Origin: Hamiltosporidium tvaerminnensis FI-OER-3-3
Lineage: Eukaryota; Fungi; Microsporidia
Direction: 5' to 3'
Length of the DNA stretch: 64,000 bases
NCBI GenBank assembly: GCA_022605425.2
Contig: JAKIMF020000001.1
Location: 1,178,001 to 1,242,000 of the forward strand
Shown piece after piece: positions 13,192-25,604 of the stretch (positions are counted from its first letter, which is position 1; every line of letters begins with the position of its first letter). A program made the position numbers and the translations under genes. The notes under the pieces were generated by a model. It was not told the DNA's origin. It searched no databases and worked only from the letters and a program-made list of their open reading frames with translations.

Positions 13192-13404
13192 ATGACAACT
13201 GAAATGGAAAAAGATGAAGATATTCTTGACAAATTAGCAATATTAGATGATGAATCCAAAGATTTACTTCGATACGTTGAAGAAGTAAACATTTCTTTTA
13301 ATAATTGTTATGAAGCTGTGGATGGCTTACTTACAGCATCTGTAAGAATTGAAAAGACATTTCTTCTGTACAAAGAAATACTTGAATATCTTAAAAGCAA
13401 ATAA
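13192..13404 (+). CDS. Small coiled-coil hypothetical protein (70 aa)
   Basis: Intact ORF with CCC at 13186-13188 just before the ATG, helical heptad pattern, divergently arranged 60 bp from YJU2. Confidence 0.7.
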   Translation: MTTEMEKDEDILDKLAILDDESKDLLRYVEEVNISFNNCYEAVDGLLTASVRIEKTFLLYKEILEYLKSK

Positions 13405-13543
13405 TTTTTTTACTTTAAAATTTAATTTATAAATATTTTTTACAATCAACGTTTACTCTAAAATTTATTTATTTTATTTTCCATTTTATGAGTCAAATAT
13501 TTATACGTTTTTAAATAAATTTTTTATTTTCTTAATTTTCTGT

Positions 13544-13616
13544 ACCGGTGGAAGACATTACTGAGGGAGGTCAAAGTTCGTGCAAGGCTGTAGCGCTAAG
13601 GATAAATAAATAATTG
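13544..13616 (+). mobile_element. 73-bp 3'-terminal stub of an RTE-clade LINE with a 9-bp TSD
   Basis: Flanked by direct repeat ATTTTCTGT (13535-13543 and 13617-13625). Encodes RWKTLLREVKVRARL*, followed by CGCTAAGG and a (TAAA)n tail. Confidence 0.7.
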
Positions 13617-14043
13617 ATTTTCTGTCTTTTTATAATTTATTTAAAAATATTTATTTCACATTTAATTTAATTAATATATAAATTTTTTATCTTTAAATAA
13701 AGTAATATTGATAATTAAATGAAGAAATAAAACTATAAAAAGGTAAAGAATAAATGGATTGTGCTTTAATAAATAAATATTCGTAAAATATTTTCGTAGA
13801 TTGAAGTGTATTTTAATTTTTATTATTTTCTTTTTAAATTTTTACTTGTAATTTATGTTAATTTAATTTAAGAAAAAACTATTAAATATTTGAGGCACCA
13901 TTGAGTATCTTTAGAAAATATTTGGAAATATTTGGAAATTTTTGTTTTAATTGATTGATTTAATTATTTTTTTAAAAAAATGTAGAAAAAAAAGATTTAA
14001 AAAAATATTTAACGCATAAATTAAAGGTACAAAAGGCCCTCTT

Positions 14044-15480
14044 ATGGATATTTTTGCAGAAATAAAAGATAATGAAATAGAAGAGACATTAAAGAAGAAT
14101 TTACATATCGAATTCTATAAAAACAATCCTTCATATATAAAATTATGGCAAAGATATTATGAAATTAAAAAAGATCCAAAAATTTTATTTTTTATGATGC
14201 ATTTTGGAATTTCTAAGGACTATCATTGGATTTATATTGAACTTGCAAATCATTTTAAAAAATTAAAATATTTTGAATTATCGTATTATGTCTTGAGCGA
14301 AGCCAAAAGAAAAAATGTTTTTGATGCTTTTGAAATAGAAAAGGAAATAAATAATTATAGTTTTGATACAAAAAGATTTTCTGATACTGAAATGAAACGT
14401 ATTTTGTATCCTAAAAGAATATATTTTTGGGATACTGAATGGAGTATTAATGAAATTCTGTATTGTAATCTTGATAATTGTTTTTATAAAAAAAACGGAG
14501 AAATTTCTTTTGTTTCGTTCGAAGAAAACAGATATTTGAATGGTTGGTGGCAAAAAAGTGAAAATGATTTAAATTTTTTAGAAATTAAAAAATTTGAATC
14601 AGAAATTGAGAATAGTTATAAATACGAAGAAAAAGATGAGAAAAACTTTAATAAGTTAAGAATAGAAACTACTGATTTTGAAAATACGAAGGAAGAATTA
14701 ATATTACAAAGTAAAGCTGTAGAAAATCAAAGCAATAAAAATAATTCAGGGGTTGAACAATTAAATGATTCAGGAAAAATAAATAAATTTTTATCTGAAG
14801 ATGAAATAAATATTAATAATTTGATTTTTCAAATTAAAAAACGAATAAATAATCAAAAATTCATAATTTTTTGTTTGACAGAAACTAATAATTTAGAACA
14901 ATCAACAGAAATAAAAAATTATATTTTAGAAGAAATTGATGAAAAATATCTTAAAAATATTTTTAAATTTACAAATAATATTTTTCCAACCGATTTACAA
15001 TCTATTGTTATTGCAGAGAAGTACTTTATAAAATATACATTTTCATATGAAACGTCAGTTTCTGAAATTTTAAATTGCTATCAAGAAAAGAAAAATGTAA
15101 ATGAATATATAATTGGATTTTACTGGGTTCAAATTCTAAAACTACTTATTGAGCTTAAAGAACAAAATTTAGCAATAAAAGAACTATCATTATCAGATAT
15201 TATGATTGAAAATGATTTATTTTCATTTAAAATTTGTAATTTTAAGGTAGAAAATACTTGTTTTGAAAATAAAAATGATTTTTATGAAAATTATAAATTT
15301 TTTGAAGATTTAAACTCTTTTGGTGATTTAAAAATCTTTCAATTTCTCAATGAATATAAAAATTATGATTATTTAGAATTTTCTATAAAAATAGAAAATA
15401 TTTTAAATAATTGTGATATAAAAGATATTTTAAATGAACAACTGATATTTTTTTATGAGAGTATAAACAATGAAATTTAA
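14044..15480 (+). CDS. Bub1/Mad3 (MadBub) family spindle-checkpoint protein with degenerate kinase domain
   Basis: N-terminal Mad3/Bub1 TPR (YKNNPSYIKLWQRY...DPKILFFMMHFGIS...IYIELA), GLEBS-like SFEENR, and a C-terminal kinase-like lobe (FYWVQILKLLIELKEQNLAIKELSLSDIMI...FKICNF) lacking HxD and DFG. CCC at 14037-14039. Confidence 0.8.
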   Translation: MDIFAEIKDNEIEETLKKNLHIEFYKNNPSYIKLWQRYYEIKKDPKILFFMMHFGISKDYHWIYIELANHFKKLKYFELSYYVLSEAKRKNVFDAFEIEKEINNYSFDTKRFSDTEMKRILYPKRIYFWDTEWSINEILYCNLDNCFYKKNGEISFVSFEENRYLNGWWQKSENDLNFLEIKKFESEIENSYKYEEKDEKNFNKLRIETTDFENTKEELILQSKAVENQSNKNNSGVEQLNDSGKINKFLSEDEININNLIFQIKKRINNQKFIIFCLTETNNLEQSTEIKNYILEEIDEKYLKNIFKFTNNIFPTDLQSIVIAEKYFIKYTFSYETSVSEILNCYQEKKNVNEYIIGFYWVQILKLLIELKEQNLAIKELSLSDIMIENDLFSFKICNFKVENTCFENKNDFYENYKFFEDLNSFGDLKIFQFLNEYKNYDYLEFSIKIENILNNCDIKDILNEQLIFFYESINNEI

Positions 15481-15980
15481 CAACTTATAATACGTATTAA
15501 GAAACATTTAATTTATATTTAATTATACCTGAATATAAGTGAAATATTTACAAAAAAATAATATTTTTATATTTTCTAGTATCTCAGATTCGAATGCAAA
15601 CCAATTTACTATTTTCTACCTTTAAAAATATTTCTATGATATTTTTAAGTGACAATGATACAGAATACACAATTATTGATGGAATCAAGTTCTCTTAAAA
15701 ACATAACTAATTATTAATTCTCTTGGATCGCTCATTATAGCAAAATAATTTTATCTTCAGAAATTTTGTAATTAAAGAATTTTTATTTCAAGAGTATAAA
15801 TAAGGTTTGTAATATTCAAAGAATACTATTTATATTAAAATACGCGAGGTCTCTGTATTCGTTATTAAATATGATGTTATCACCAAAAATATTTTTTTTT
15901 CGTTTTTATCCGTTTTTATAATTTTTTTGAGTTTTTTTTTGTTAATCATGTTTACGATATACCATAACTAATAGTTAATA

Positions 15981-16440
15981 TTTGTTTAATAAAATTCTGA
16001 GCCAGTGCTCCTTTCACTTATTTAAAAATTTTCGTACATCTCTTGTACATATATTTTCTTCTTCTAAATCCTACTCTTTTTTATGTTTATCGTCGATTTC
16101 TCTAATATGGTTCCTTCATCTGAAATTTTTTGGTCATAATTTTTTATTTTAACATGTTTAGCATCATCTTCTATGTTACAAGGTTGTTTTAAAAGAATAT
16201 TGCACCTTCGTGCATTGCGGCTCTCTTTATAATACCAATCGAAACACTTTCCCAGGCTCTCTTTAGAATTTGTTTTGACTCAAGTTCCCTTCGTCAATAC
16301 AAGGAAATTGTTTCGAAAGTCTTGTTAAGTACATTATATTGGATGTATTCCGGTGCGTTAATGGCTATTTGCCGTCTTTTTAGATATACTTCTGGTATTT
16401 TGCCACAATTCCGACCTAAGTAATCACATAATGGATCTGG
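15981..16440 (-). mobile_element. 5'-truncated, decayed 3' fragment of the R4/Dong-like element
   Basis: Family terminus on the minus strand (tttaataaaattctga, ~15985-16000). aaggaaattgtttcga and ggtattttgccacaat match 22119-22230. Confidence 0.7.
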
Positions 16441-16489
16441 CTATGTCATAAAAATATATAAATGTAGTAAAAACTTATATTATACTTGT

Positions 16490-17050
16490 AAATGGTTTAT
16501 ACATGAAAAATTATTTCATTGTCAAAAATTTGGTAAAATTACTGTAATAAATCATGTTTGAATTTGTAAGAGAAAACCACTCTGCAGTTTAAGTTGTTCG
16601 GCAGTTCTGTTAATAAAGAGAATAAGAGCTACAAAATCCGTGTAAAATTTTCTATGAATCCATTTTATTTTTCTATGCAACTAAGATCACAATTCGAACT
16701 TGTAAGTAACCGCCATGTAAAAGCATGGAAATTCTGCCTGTTCACTAAGGTTTGAAGATTAAGCGTCGGCGAGATACAAAAATAGTTCTAAAATACCAAG
16801 AAAGTTTAACAGAAGGGTGTCCCGTAGTATGGAATTGTATTATACAAGTGAACGCTTTGTAAATCCGCGAGGCTATATCTGAGCTGAAAGTATTTCTTAG
16901 GAAATTTTAGAGTAAATAGGAAGGATATATGGTTTTAAGCTGTGGTTATGGGAGTATCAAAGCGCAATCCCCTATAAAAACAAACATTAATAAACACAGG
17001 CAACCTTTTCCTATATTAAATTGACTCTAAATATCTTATATATCAAGGGT
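16490..17050 (+). repeat. Diverged copy of the 737-bp structured non-coding element (approximate bounds)
   Basis: Identical 20-mer GCCATGTAAAAGCATGGAAA (16712-16731 vs 26195-26214) plus colinear blocks (aaaaccac, gttgttc, gagata.aaaaata, tgtaaatc, tatatct.agct, gagtaa.taggaa, acattaa, ggcaac). Confidence 0.75.
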
Positions 17051-18099
17051 CACCAGGGTTTTTAGCTCGCGGCCACGAATAACTTCCATAAAAAGTCTCG
17101 AGAGCCTATAAAATATCAGACTATATACCAATTTGCTTGAAAGTATTTCTTCATCTTTATTGATAACTATTTTTATGTAAAATGTTTTAAGCTTCATCAG
17201 ATGTTTAAAAAAAAATGTATTTAATAATATTTATATAGAAAAATATTCAAATTAATTACAAAAATTTTATAAGCGAACATTCCGCAAGATAATTCATACA
17301 ATCGTTCATATATTTGCTCGTGGATTTATTTCCGCAGTCAGCACAGCCCGACTGTGTAAACAAACTTTTAAAGGAAAATATAAAAAAACCTCAGATTGAA
17401 ATTAACAGATAGATTGCTGAAATCTTAAGATATAACCGTAAGTAAATTATTGGAAAAAAATCTAACTACATCAATCTCATCAATAATATAGTATGCATTT
17501 AATTCTATGGAATTTCATTATAATTTTAGTATAAAATAATAGAAACATATGATTCACAGTTTAAAAAAGGCTATAAAGTTCCGTAGATTTCCTTTATATT
17601 AGAAACCAACACCTTAAATTATCTAAGATTGTATATTTTTTATTTTCTTCTGTAAAAACACCTATTTGGCCGAAAAAAAACCTTTGGTCGTCATATTTAG
17701 GAGAGTTCTGTTCTAGAACCATAATTCTCGCTCATATCCAGATTAAAAGATTATAATATTAGTTCAGATTTAATTTGAGAAAAAAATCCATCGAACAAAA
17801 GAATATGTTTTATAGAATTGGCTCGAGTTGTTTAAATTATAAAATGCGTTAAATTTAGGTAAAAATTAAATATATTTAATCCATAAACGTTGGTCAAAAT
17901 TATTTTATATGTATCGCTTCGTCATATATTTTTGACGAATTTAAAAGGATTTTTACAAAATGTCTAAATTCGCCTTTAAATAATGTATGTAATCTAAATT
18001 TAAGCTTGCCACTTTCTTTGTTTCCGACTTTTAATTTGCGTAAATTTTTAGTTCCTCAACTGTGGTCATGCCCTCTATAATATAGGATATTTTTTGGTA

Positions 18100-18790
18100 T
18101 TTACTCGTTATACACCACTTGGCTCGTTCTTCACTTCTCTTGAGAGGTTTTGGTTGATAATGTACCTCACATCTTTCAAAAACGCATAATGAAGCACTCT
18201 TCTCACTCTAATTTTCATTTAATCTTCTTAAAAGTTCGCTTCTTGGCTTTAAGAGAAATTTTTTAGATTAGATATAGGCCTCTTTTTATGGTTTTGGCTA
18301 TTTTTTAATAAACTTCTTATGATTGTTTGTCATAATACCACCTAGGTTATCACATAAGATTTTAACTTCACACATCATTTTCACATAAAACTTAACTCGT
18401 GCGCTAATAGGTCATACTTCTCATGTTTCTCTGTTTCAACTATTTGAAATGCTTATTCTGAAGTGATTCCTACTTCTAAGTGTGTTATCTATGCTACCTC
18501 TTGTCTACAATAACTATATTCTATATATAATTCCAAATTTTAACATTTTTTTCCATTCTGATTCCTATCTATTTTAGACATATTGTTGTCAAGAATGTTA
18601 TTAACTTAAGTGCTTCTAACTCTTTTCGAAGACCGAGATTTATATACATTTAGTAGAGTAAAGGAATCTATAGGGCCACCTATTTTGAATACTAGTATAA
18701 TATAATCGCGAATATTCTCATATATTTTCGTTGCATATTCTATTGTTTTTCTAGACATATTACACCATCGGAACACACTTACTGCTTTAT
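18100..18790 (-). mobile_element. Decayed R4/Dong-like fragment (CCHC/RLE region)
   Basis: gctaataggtcatacttc...gtttcaactatttgaa...gaagtgattcctacttc matches 22295-22370 (IEVGITS...IVETEKLRKYDLLA). Confidence 0.65.
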
Positions 18791-21787
18791 ATTTAACTCA
18801 AATGTGATAATAATTAAGTTTGTTATAGATAAAAGGCAGAAAAAATATTAATTTTCGATGGCAAAACACTTCAAGATTAAAACCTATCTTGAATTTCTTG
18901 ATATACTTTTTCATTATTACAATATGCGAAGTCTAGTCTTTTTGATAATATAATACTCTCTAAGGCCATATGACATCTTATCATAGACTTGAACTGTTTT
19001 TAATTTTTATTATAGCGTATATTGTAAAGTTTTTAAAATTAAACAAAAGACCAAATGCTTTGATTCTCTGTTAAGTTTGTCTATATTCAATAGATAAAAA
19101 CCAAACTAATTAGATACGCAAAACATATAAGAGGCAGAGCGCAATATCTGATCGGATAAGTAATAACCTCCTGCCATACTATTAAATTTATAATATTACA
19201 ATGATCTATTTTCTTTAAAATCCGAAACAAATGAAAGAAATATTATTTAAAATAAAATACAAATCATTAAATTCTTGTGGAAAATAAAAAGATTAAAGTT
19301 GCATTTCCGGTTTTAGTATACCAAGAGTTTCCAAATTAAAGAAGCTTAAATTTGCAAAGTAGAACGCTAATAGAGAAACTATAATCACAGAAAACAAAGT
19401 TGAATAAATATAAAAGTATAATAGATGGTCCTATTCATTTGTTTAACTAATTAAATAAAAGTATTAGACACTATCAATTGTAAAATATATTAAAAGGAAT
19501 CGAATAATCTAAATTTTTAGTAAAAAATACATAATTGATTGATTTTGGTAGAATTTTAAAATATCGTGATTCTCGTTTTTGTTAATTTTTGAATATTTTT
19601 TGTATAATAGTATAAGATGAAATATTAAAAAAAAGTCGTTAAGCTTGCTGATATAAACTTAATTTTACAATCTTCAAAAAAATAAAATAGATTGAATTAT
19701 ATTTGTAAACATGTTTAGCTTCTCTATAACAGTTTGATATTATTCGGGGTTCATAAACCTATCATAAGCTGTTTACTAGTATATTATTTTGGCATTTTAT
19801 ATCAGAATTTTTAGTCGCCCATGAGCGATTTCATAATAAATTTCAGTATATAATTTACTTATCCTATTTTTACTATTTTGTTTTATCTGGTTAAAATTTA
19901 TAGTAGTTTTAACCTTTACTCGGTATTTTAACGATCTGGATCACCATATATTTTCATAGCTTTCGTTTATTTTTTGTTGACATTTATTTATGTGAAGTCT
20001 TTTATTTGTCTAAAAAAACTATTTTTTTGACGATAGGCTGCGTAGTAAATTTTTTCGATGTATAACTTCTTAATAGTGGTTTTTAATCTAATCAAGCTAT
20101 AGAATTACATTTACTCTAAAGAAATAAGTGTTTTACACAATACATTGAAGATATAAACAAATTGCACTATTAATAGTTAAAAGAAATCAAGATCATCATA
20201 CAAATGTTTATGTATCAGTCAAAATTATTGGAAAAAAAGCCTCGAAAAATTGATTTAGATAACCTTTTTTAAAACATATCATATAAAGAAAATTAAAAAG
20301 TCTATTTATTATAATTCGTGCAACACCCCACAATCAAAAAAATATTTTTAGAATTTTTATTTCAAACGTTTTTGGGATCAATTAAACAATTTCAAGCATT
20401 TTTTATTTGAGTTTTGTACACTTTTATTGGTTGTGTAAGATTATGAAAAATTTAATAAGGTATATCTTAATCAGAGCAATCTTAGGAGTGCCTTGTATTT
20501 TTGTAATCAATTATACATTTTGAGGTCGATCTTCGGCCATACATTATTAAATTATATAAATGATGGTTATAGATATTGCTGACGGATTAGCAAAACAAAG
20601 ATTCACAAATTTAAATATTAAAGTGATGAAACCATTATTTTATAAGTAAAAATGATAAATATCTTAGAAAAATAAAACAAAAATTATTTTAATAAACTTA
20701 ATAATATATTTCATTCATTTCAAAATGTAAAATATTTTCAGAATATTCCTCATTAAGGAAATCATAAAAATCTTTGGAAAAACGACAATCGTACGATAAA
20801 AACTTGAAGTAATTTTAAATAGATGAAATTAGTCTTAGCAAAATATATGTATGAAATATTATTAAAATGACATTCATTAAATTCTAATATTTCTAAATTT
20901 TTAGATTTCGAAAAAAAAATTATATCAATATTAACTATTTTCATACCACGCAAAATAACAACCTTGAGGTTATAAATACATGAAGAAGAGAACAACTTAT
21001 AGAAATGTATTGGAAGATGTTCACTTGGCCTGCAGCTCAATCCTTTCAAGTCTCCGAAGATTTTCAAAAACATTTATAGCAGTCTCATCGATTTTAATAG
21101 AACTAATTTTAATAGATCTAATATTTTCAAAACCATCATAATGAAAAATTAAGCTTTAAGATTTCCCAGTTCGCAACTGCTTGTTAATTCGATATTATGT
21201 TTGACTGAAAAGACTGATAGAAGAAAAACACCCATGTGGATATCTTCACAACTAATAAAACTAAAATGATCAATTTCTGACTTAGAAAATTCTTCTATTT
21301 CGGAAAATGCTAAAGTATTGCGCCCAAACTGATATTTTATCGATAGATTTTTTAAGTTTTTCATAGATTTTATAAATTGTAAGAAATTCTTTAACGAAGG
21401 CATTTGTATTCTTCGAATTCAAAGGACACAATTGACATGTTTGTTTCAAATATCTTATTTACTTCTGAATATAAAATATTATTGTTTGTCATTTTCAGTT
21501 TTTTAAGATTCGGAAATAATAACAAAAATTTTAAACTATTGTATGCCATGTTAGAATTTGATATTTCTAAAATCTTAATATTACTATAAATATATTTGTT
21601 CTTAAATAGTATCCGAACAAACTCTACATCATACAGATAAATATTTAAATCAATTAAACTGTTACTATCTATTTTGGCTTCAAAAAAATGCTTTCTAATA
21701 AAAATTCCAGTGATTTCCCAATTTAAATATTTATATTCAAAATTCTTATAGATATGCACATTTTCTGATTTAAAAGTGCATGGTAAA

Positions 21788-24700
21788 TTCATTTTTTATT
21801 TAATAAAATTCTGGGTTAAAACATTTTTACCATTTTTATATGTTTTCTTCTACCTCTTTAACCACTATTGTCTCTTCTTCCAAATCCGACTCTTCATTTA
21901 TGTTATTGGTCGGTTCCTCTAAAGTGGTTCCTCCTTGTGAAATAAGGGGTGCTTTATTTTTTGGTTTAAAATTTTTTTCACCATCTTCCTCTCTCTTCTC
22001 TTCTTTTAAAGAGGGTGTTGGTTCCTCATGCACCTCTGATCTCATAATAACACCCATTGACGCTCTCTCCCAGCTCTCTTCGGCATTTAGTCCTGACTCA
22101 AGTCCTCTTCGTCGATCAAAGGAAATTGTTTCGACTGTCTTCTTAAGTACTATAGACTGAATGTATGCCTCTACATTCATGGGTATTTCTAGTCTTTTAA
22201 GATGAGATTTATGGTATTTTGTCACAATACCGTCCCAGGTCATCACATAAGGGATTATCTCAACACTACACTTATAAATAAGACCCAACTCATTGGCTAA
22301 CAGGTCATACTTCCTAAGTTTTTCAGTTTCAACTATTTGAAGTGAATCTTGGGAAGTGATTCCTACTTCAATGAGTGTAATATTATTCTTCTTCTTATCT
22401 AAAATAAATATGTCCGGTCTGTTATTCCGAATTTTAACATCAGTTTTTATTCTGGTGTCCACTCTTATCTCTGCGTACTCATTATCAAGAATTTCTTGAA
22501 CTGAGTGACTCCTTATTCGTTTGGAAGACTTAAACTTATATCTATTTAGAAGAAGAAGGTGTAGGCATCTAACCACTTCATTATGCCGTCTAGTGTAATC
22601 ATGGCCTAGCATTTTTTCACATCTAGTTGCTAGATGATCTACAGTCTTACCAGACTTCCCACAATGTTGACACACACCATCTGCTCCCCAGAATACATTT
22701 CTATCCTGGATATAGCAGAACACAGCTTCATTTCGTGGCCTAATATTTCCTCTCTTTAGCCATCCTGAAGAGTCACTAACACTCACAAGCTCATTTTTCC
22801 TTGCATTATATAACTTTGAATGGAGTTTTCGTTTTTCTATTTCGTTATATAGTTTTGCAAGTTGAGCTTCTTCTAAACTTTTCTTAGTGACTTCTTCTAC
22901 CAACCTGTACTTTACTTTTAAGAAGCCTTTTATTAGTGCAAGATGGGTTTTATTATTATTCTCCACCTTGAGGATTGCTGCTCGTCTAGTTGATATTTCT
23001 TTACTTTTTTCCAGACAATCCAAGAGTTGCAGAAGCATATGTTCGCTTCGCAACTCTACACTATGTAAGCCTCTTCCAAGTTCTGTTCTAGGAAGGTATA
23101 AACGCTCTTTACATCCTGGGCGGAGATGTATCTTATTCTTCACCAACACCGCACGCACTGCATCATCTAACTTAGAGAAGTCAGCCGGTTCAAGTCGAAG
23201 TTTTCCTATGTGGTAGTTGATTAACGATATCGCATGTTGATTGATTGCAGAAAATAAATTTTTTGCATTTAATCTAGTGTGACAAAGTCTTTCAACTCTT
23301 GATATAAGTTTGCTCTGTACTTCTTCAAATGAGCTACGTGTTGGGATTCCTCTGCTATCTTCTATTATTCCTAAATATTTGTAAACACTAACACCTTCTA
23401 GAAGAGTTGCAGTATCTTCACAACACGTATCATTTGTGGCTGACTTCTCTTTGTTAATCTCTAAGCCAATCACCTCTAAAAATTACTTTGCCTCGCCTGT
23501 CATAGCACTCAATGTGGAGCTGTCTTTTGCAAGGAGCTTAAGATCATCAATAAACAAGAGATGATTAGTAGAGTGGGATTCTGCATCTGTTTGTACTGTC
23601 ACTTTTGTGTATTTTTCATTAAGCTTTCGGCTTAATGGATCCATACACAAAACAAATAACAATGGTGACAAACTATCTCCTTGTAGAATCCCTCTATCAA
23701 TCTTCTTGCTCATGATTTTTTCAGGCCCTACTGATATATCAATTTTCCATTTTGATATAATTACCTTAATAAATTTCAGGATCCAATCAGGTAAATTAAG
23801 GTTTTCAATGCATTGAGTTAAATAAGCATGATCTATTGAGTCATAAGCTTTTTTAACATCAATCCATGTTGCCTTAAGATTATTTCCATACTCTTTATTT
23901 AAGGCAATATACAGTAGAGCCTGCTCTTTCGCTCCCTGCACCCCTCTTACCGCCCCTAATTGGTTCTCTGCAAGCAACCCTCGCCTTTCCACTTCAAGTT
24001 GAACGACTTTCGTTACACACTTTGTCGTTAACTTATAGAGGTTGGACATACAAGTGATTGGCCTGTAGTCAGAGCCTCTTCGTGGAATTCCTTTCGGTAT
24101 CAAATACGTAAGCCCGCTGTAAAACCAATCAGCTTGAGTTGTTCCTTCTAAACATATAACTTTCACAATATCATAAATATATTTGTGAAGAGTTGTAAGT
24201 TTCTTAATGAAAAAATTGTAAATACCATCAATTCCAGCAGCTTTCCAATTGGGAAGCCAATTAATGATATTTACAAATTCATCAAGTGAAGGAAACGTGG
24301 CCGGATGATTATCTGATACAAATGGAATCAAATAATCATCGTACGTGACTGTGTCATCATTTTTGTTCCACATTGTAGACCAAAAACTCACAATTTCATC
24401 ACGGCTAACCACATGCTCGGATTCTACACGCTCAGATAGCCCACGATAAAATCGACCTCGGAAAAGCTCAAACATACGATTCTCTTTTCGGAATTGCTTC
24501 CTACTTTCATGCATCGTAATTTTTTTCTCGTAAACATTCAAAGACTCATTCTTCTTAACTAAAGCCTCAGAAAGATCAGTTACGCTGCTCAAGTTTAAAT
24601 TAAACTCTCGCATGATTTTCTTAAAGCTCTTCGTTTCCGAAGTGGAGAGCTTTTCCTGCTTACGAGCTTTCTCGAGGAGATCTTTGGAAAGTACTAACTT

Positions 24701-25604
24701 AGAAATTTTACTTTCTATGTTTTCCTTCCAAGCGGATCTAGGCTTCTCTTTACGTGTTGCCTCGTCATAGCATACCTGCGCAGCTTGCATGATATACGCG
24801 GCTTCCGTAATTGACTCAGGTACATGAGCTCCTGCATATTCACCGACTACTCGATTTATGAGATCCAGAACTTTACTATCAACCAATTCATTTGGATGTT
24901 TTCTAGTTCGGAACACCACTTTTCCAATTTCGTTCTCAGAGATTTCTTTGATTTTACTCAAGAATTTATCTCTCAGGTTTATGTACTCCGTGGTGTCGGT
25001 CAAGGTGCATGTATCAGCGAGACACGTGGCGATTCTACGTCGCTCTCGGTTCTCTTCTGATTTTACATCCTTTCCCATCTCACTTTGTGCCAATTTTTTT
25101 AACACTTCGAGAGTTTCAGTGCAGCCGAATTTCTCATTATAGTACCTGTGAAGCTCTGTCCAGCCATTTCTTGGCATTCTTTCAAACCTTGTCTGTACTG
25201 CAAAAAAAACAATTCGAGGCCATTCCTTCGGGTCGGCTGTTACGGAATCGAATATCGTCCGCAATGCCATTAGCCTGTTACCTTCCGGAATAGCTAGAGT
25301 ACAGGGGCTTGTCATGTCGTACGATGGCTCGCACGCAGAGACTTCAACCGAAGAGGGAACTGGTGCATTAGGCGAAGGTAAGGTGTCAAGCCCACTATTT
25401 TGCATTTTACTGCATGTTTGGCTTGGTGGTGGAGGTGTTATTGTTGTGTAGGAGGAGGAAGGTAGGGGAATCGCCGGTGGGTGTAGCTTACATTTTTGTA
25501 TCTCACCATCACTCTTTTTCACCTCATCAGCGTCGTTTGCAGCCTTTGTTTTGGTATTATTCGATATTTCGCTGCTAACATTTTTCTTTCTACCCATTCC
25601 AAGT
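21788..25604 (-). mobile_element. Near-intact R4/Dong-clade non-LTR retrotransposon (single ORF, RT + CCHC + RLE), 12-bp TSD
   Basis: TSD GTGCATGGTAAA at 21776-21787 and 25605-25616. 3' terminus aacccagaattttattaaataaaaaatgaa. ORF motifs are given in the next feature. Confidence 0.93.
21836..25597 (-). pseudogene. Retrotransposon polyprotein (~1253 codons) with one in-frame TAA at 23483-23485
   Basis: Starts MGRKKNV at 25597. RT motifs KAAGIDG, YRPITC, QLG, WIDVKKAYDSI, GILQGDSLSPLLF, LFIDD; CQHC..DHLATRC zinc knuckle; RHN; RPDI...IEV...EKLRKY endonuclease. ORFs 23483-25726 and 21836-23473 share one frame (GEAK*FLEVIGL). Confidence 0.92.

Noticed and set aside
13541-13630. snRNA (U4/U6-like GCGCTAAGGAT, Sm-like site)
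   Set aside because: No ACAGAGA box or U4 stems; better explained as an RTE 3' stub with TSD.
23483-23485. Programmed stop read-through or two-ORF organisation in the R4 element
   Set aside because: The other two long copies have a sense codon (AAG) at the equivalent position (~39043 and ~52357), so this is a private nonsense mutation.
21840-25293. Plus-strand ORFs antisense to the R4 ORF (also those antisense to ABCG, MadBub and the second R4 copy)
   Set aside because: Shadow ORFs of coding sequence with no recognisable motifs.
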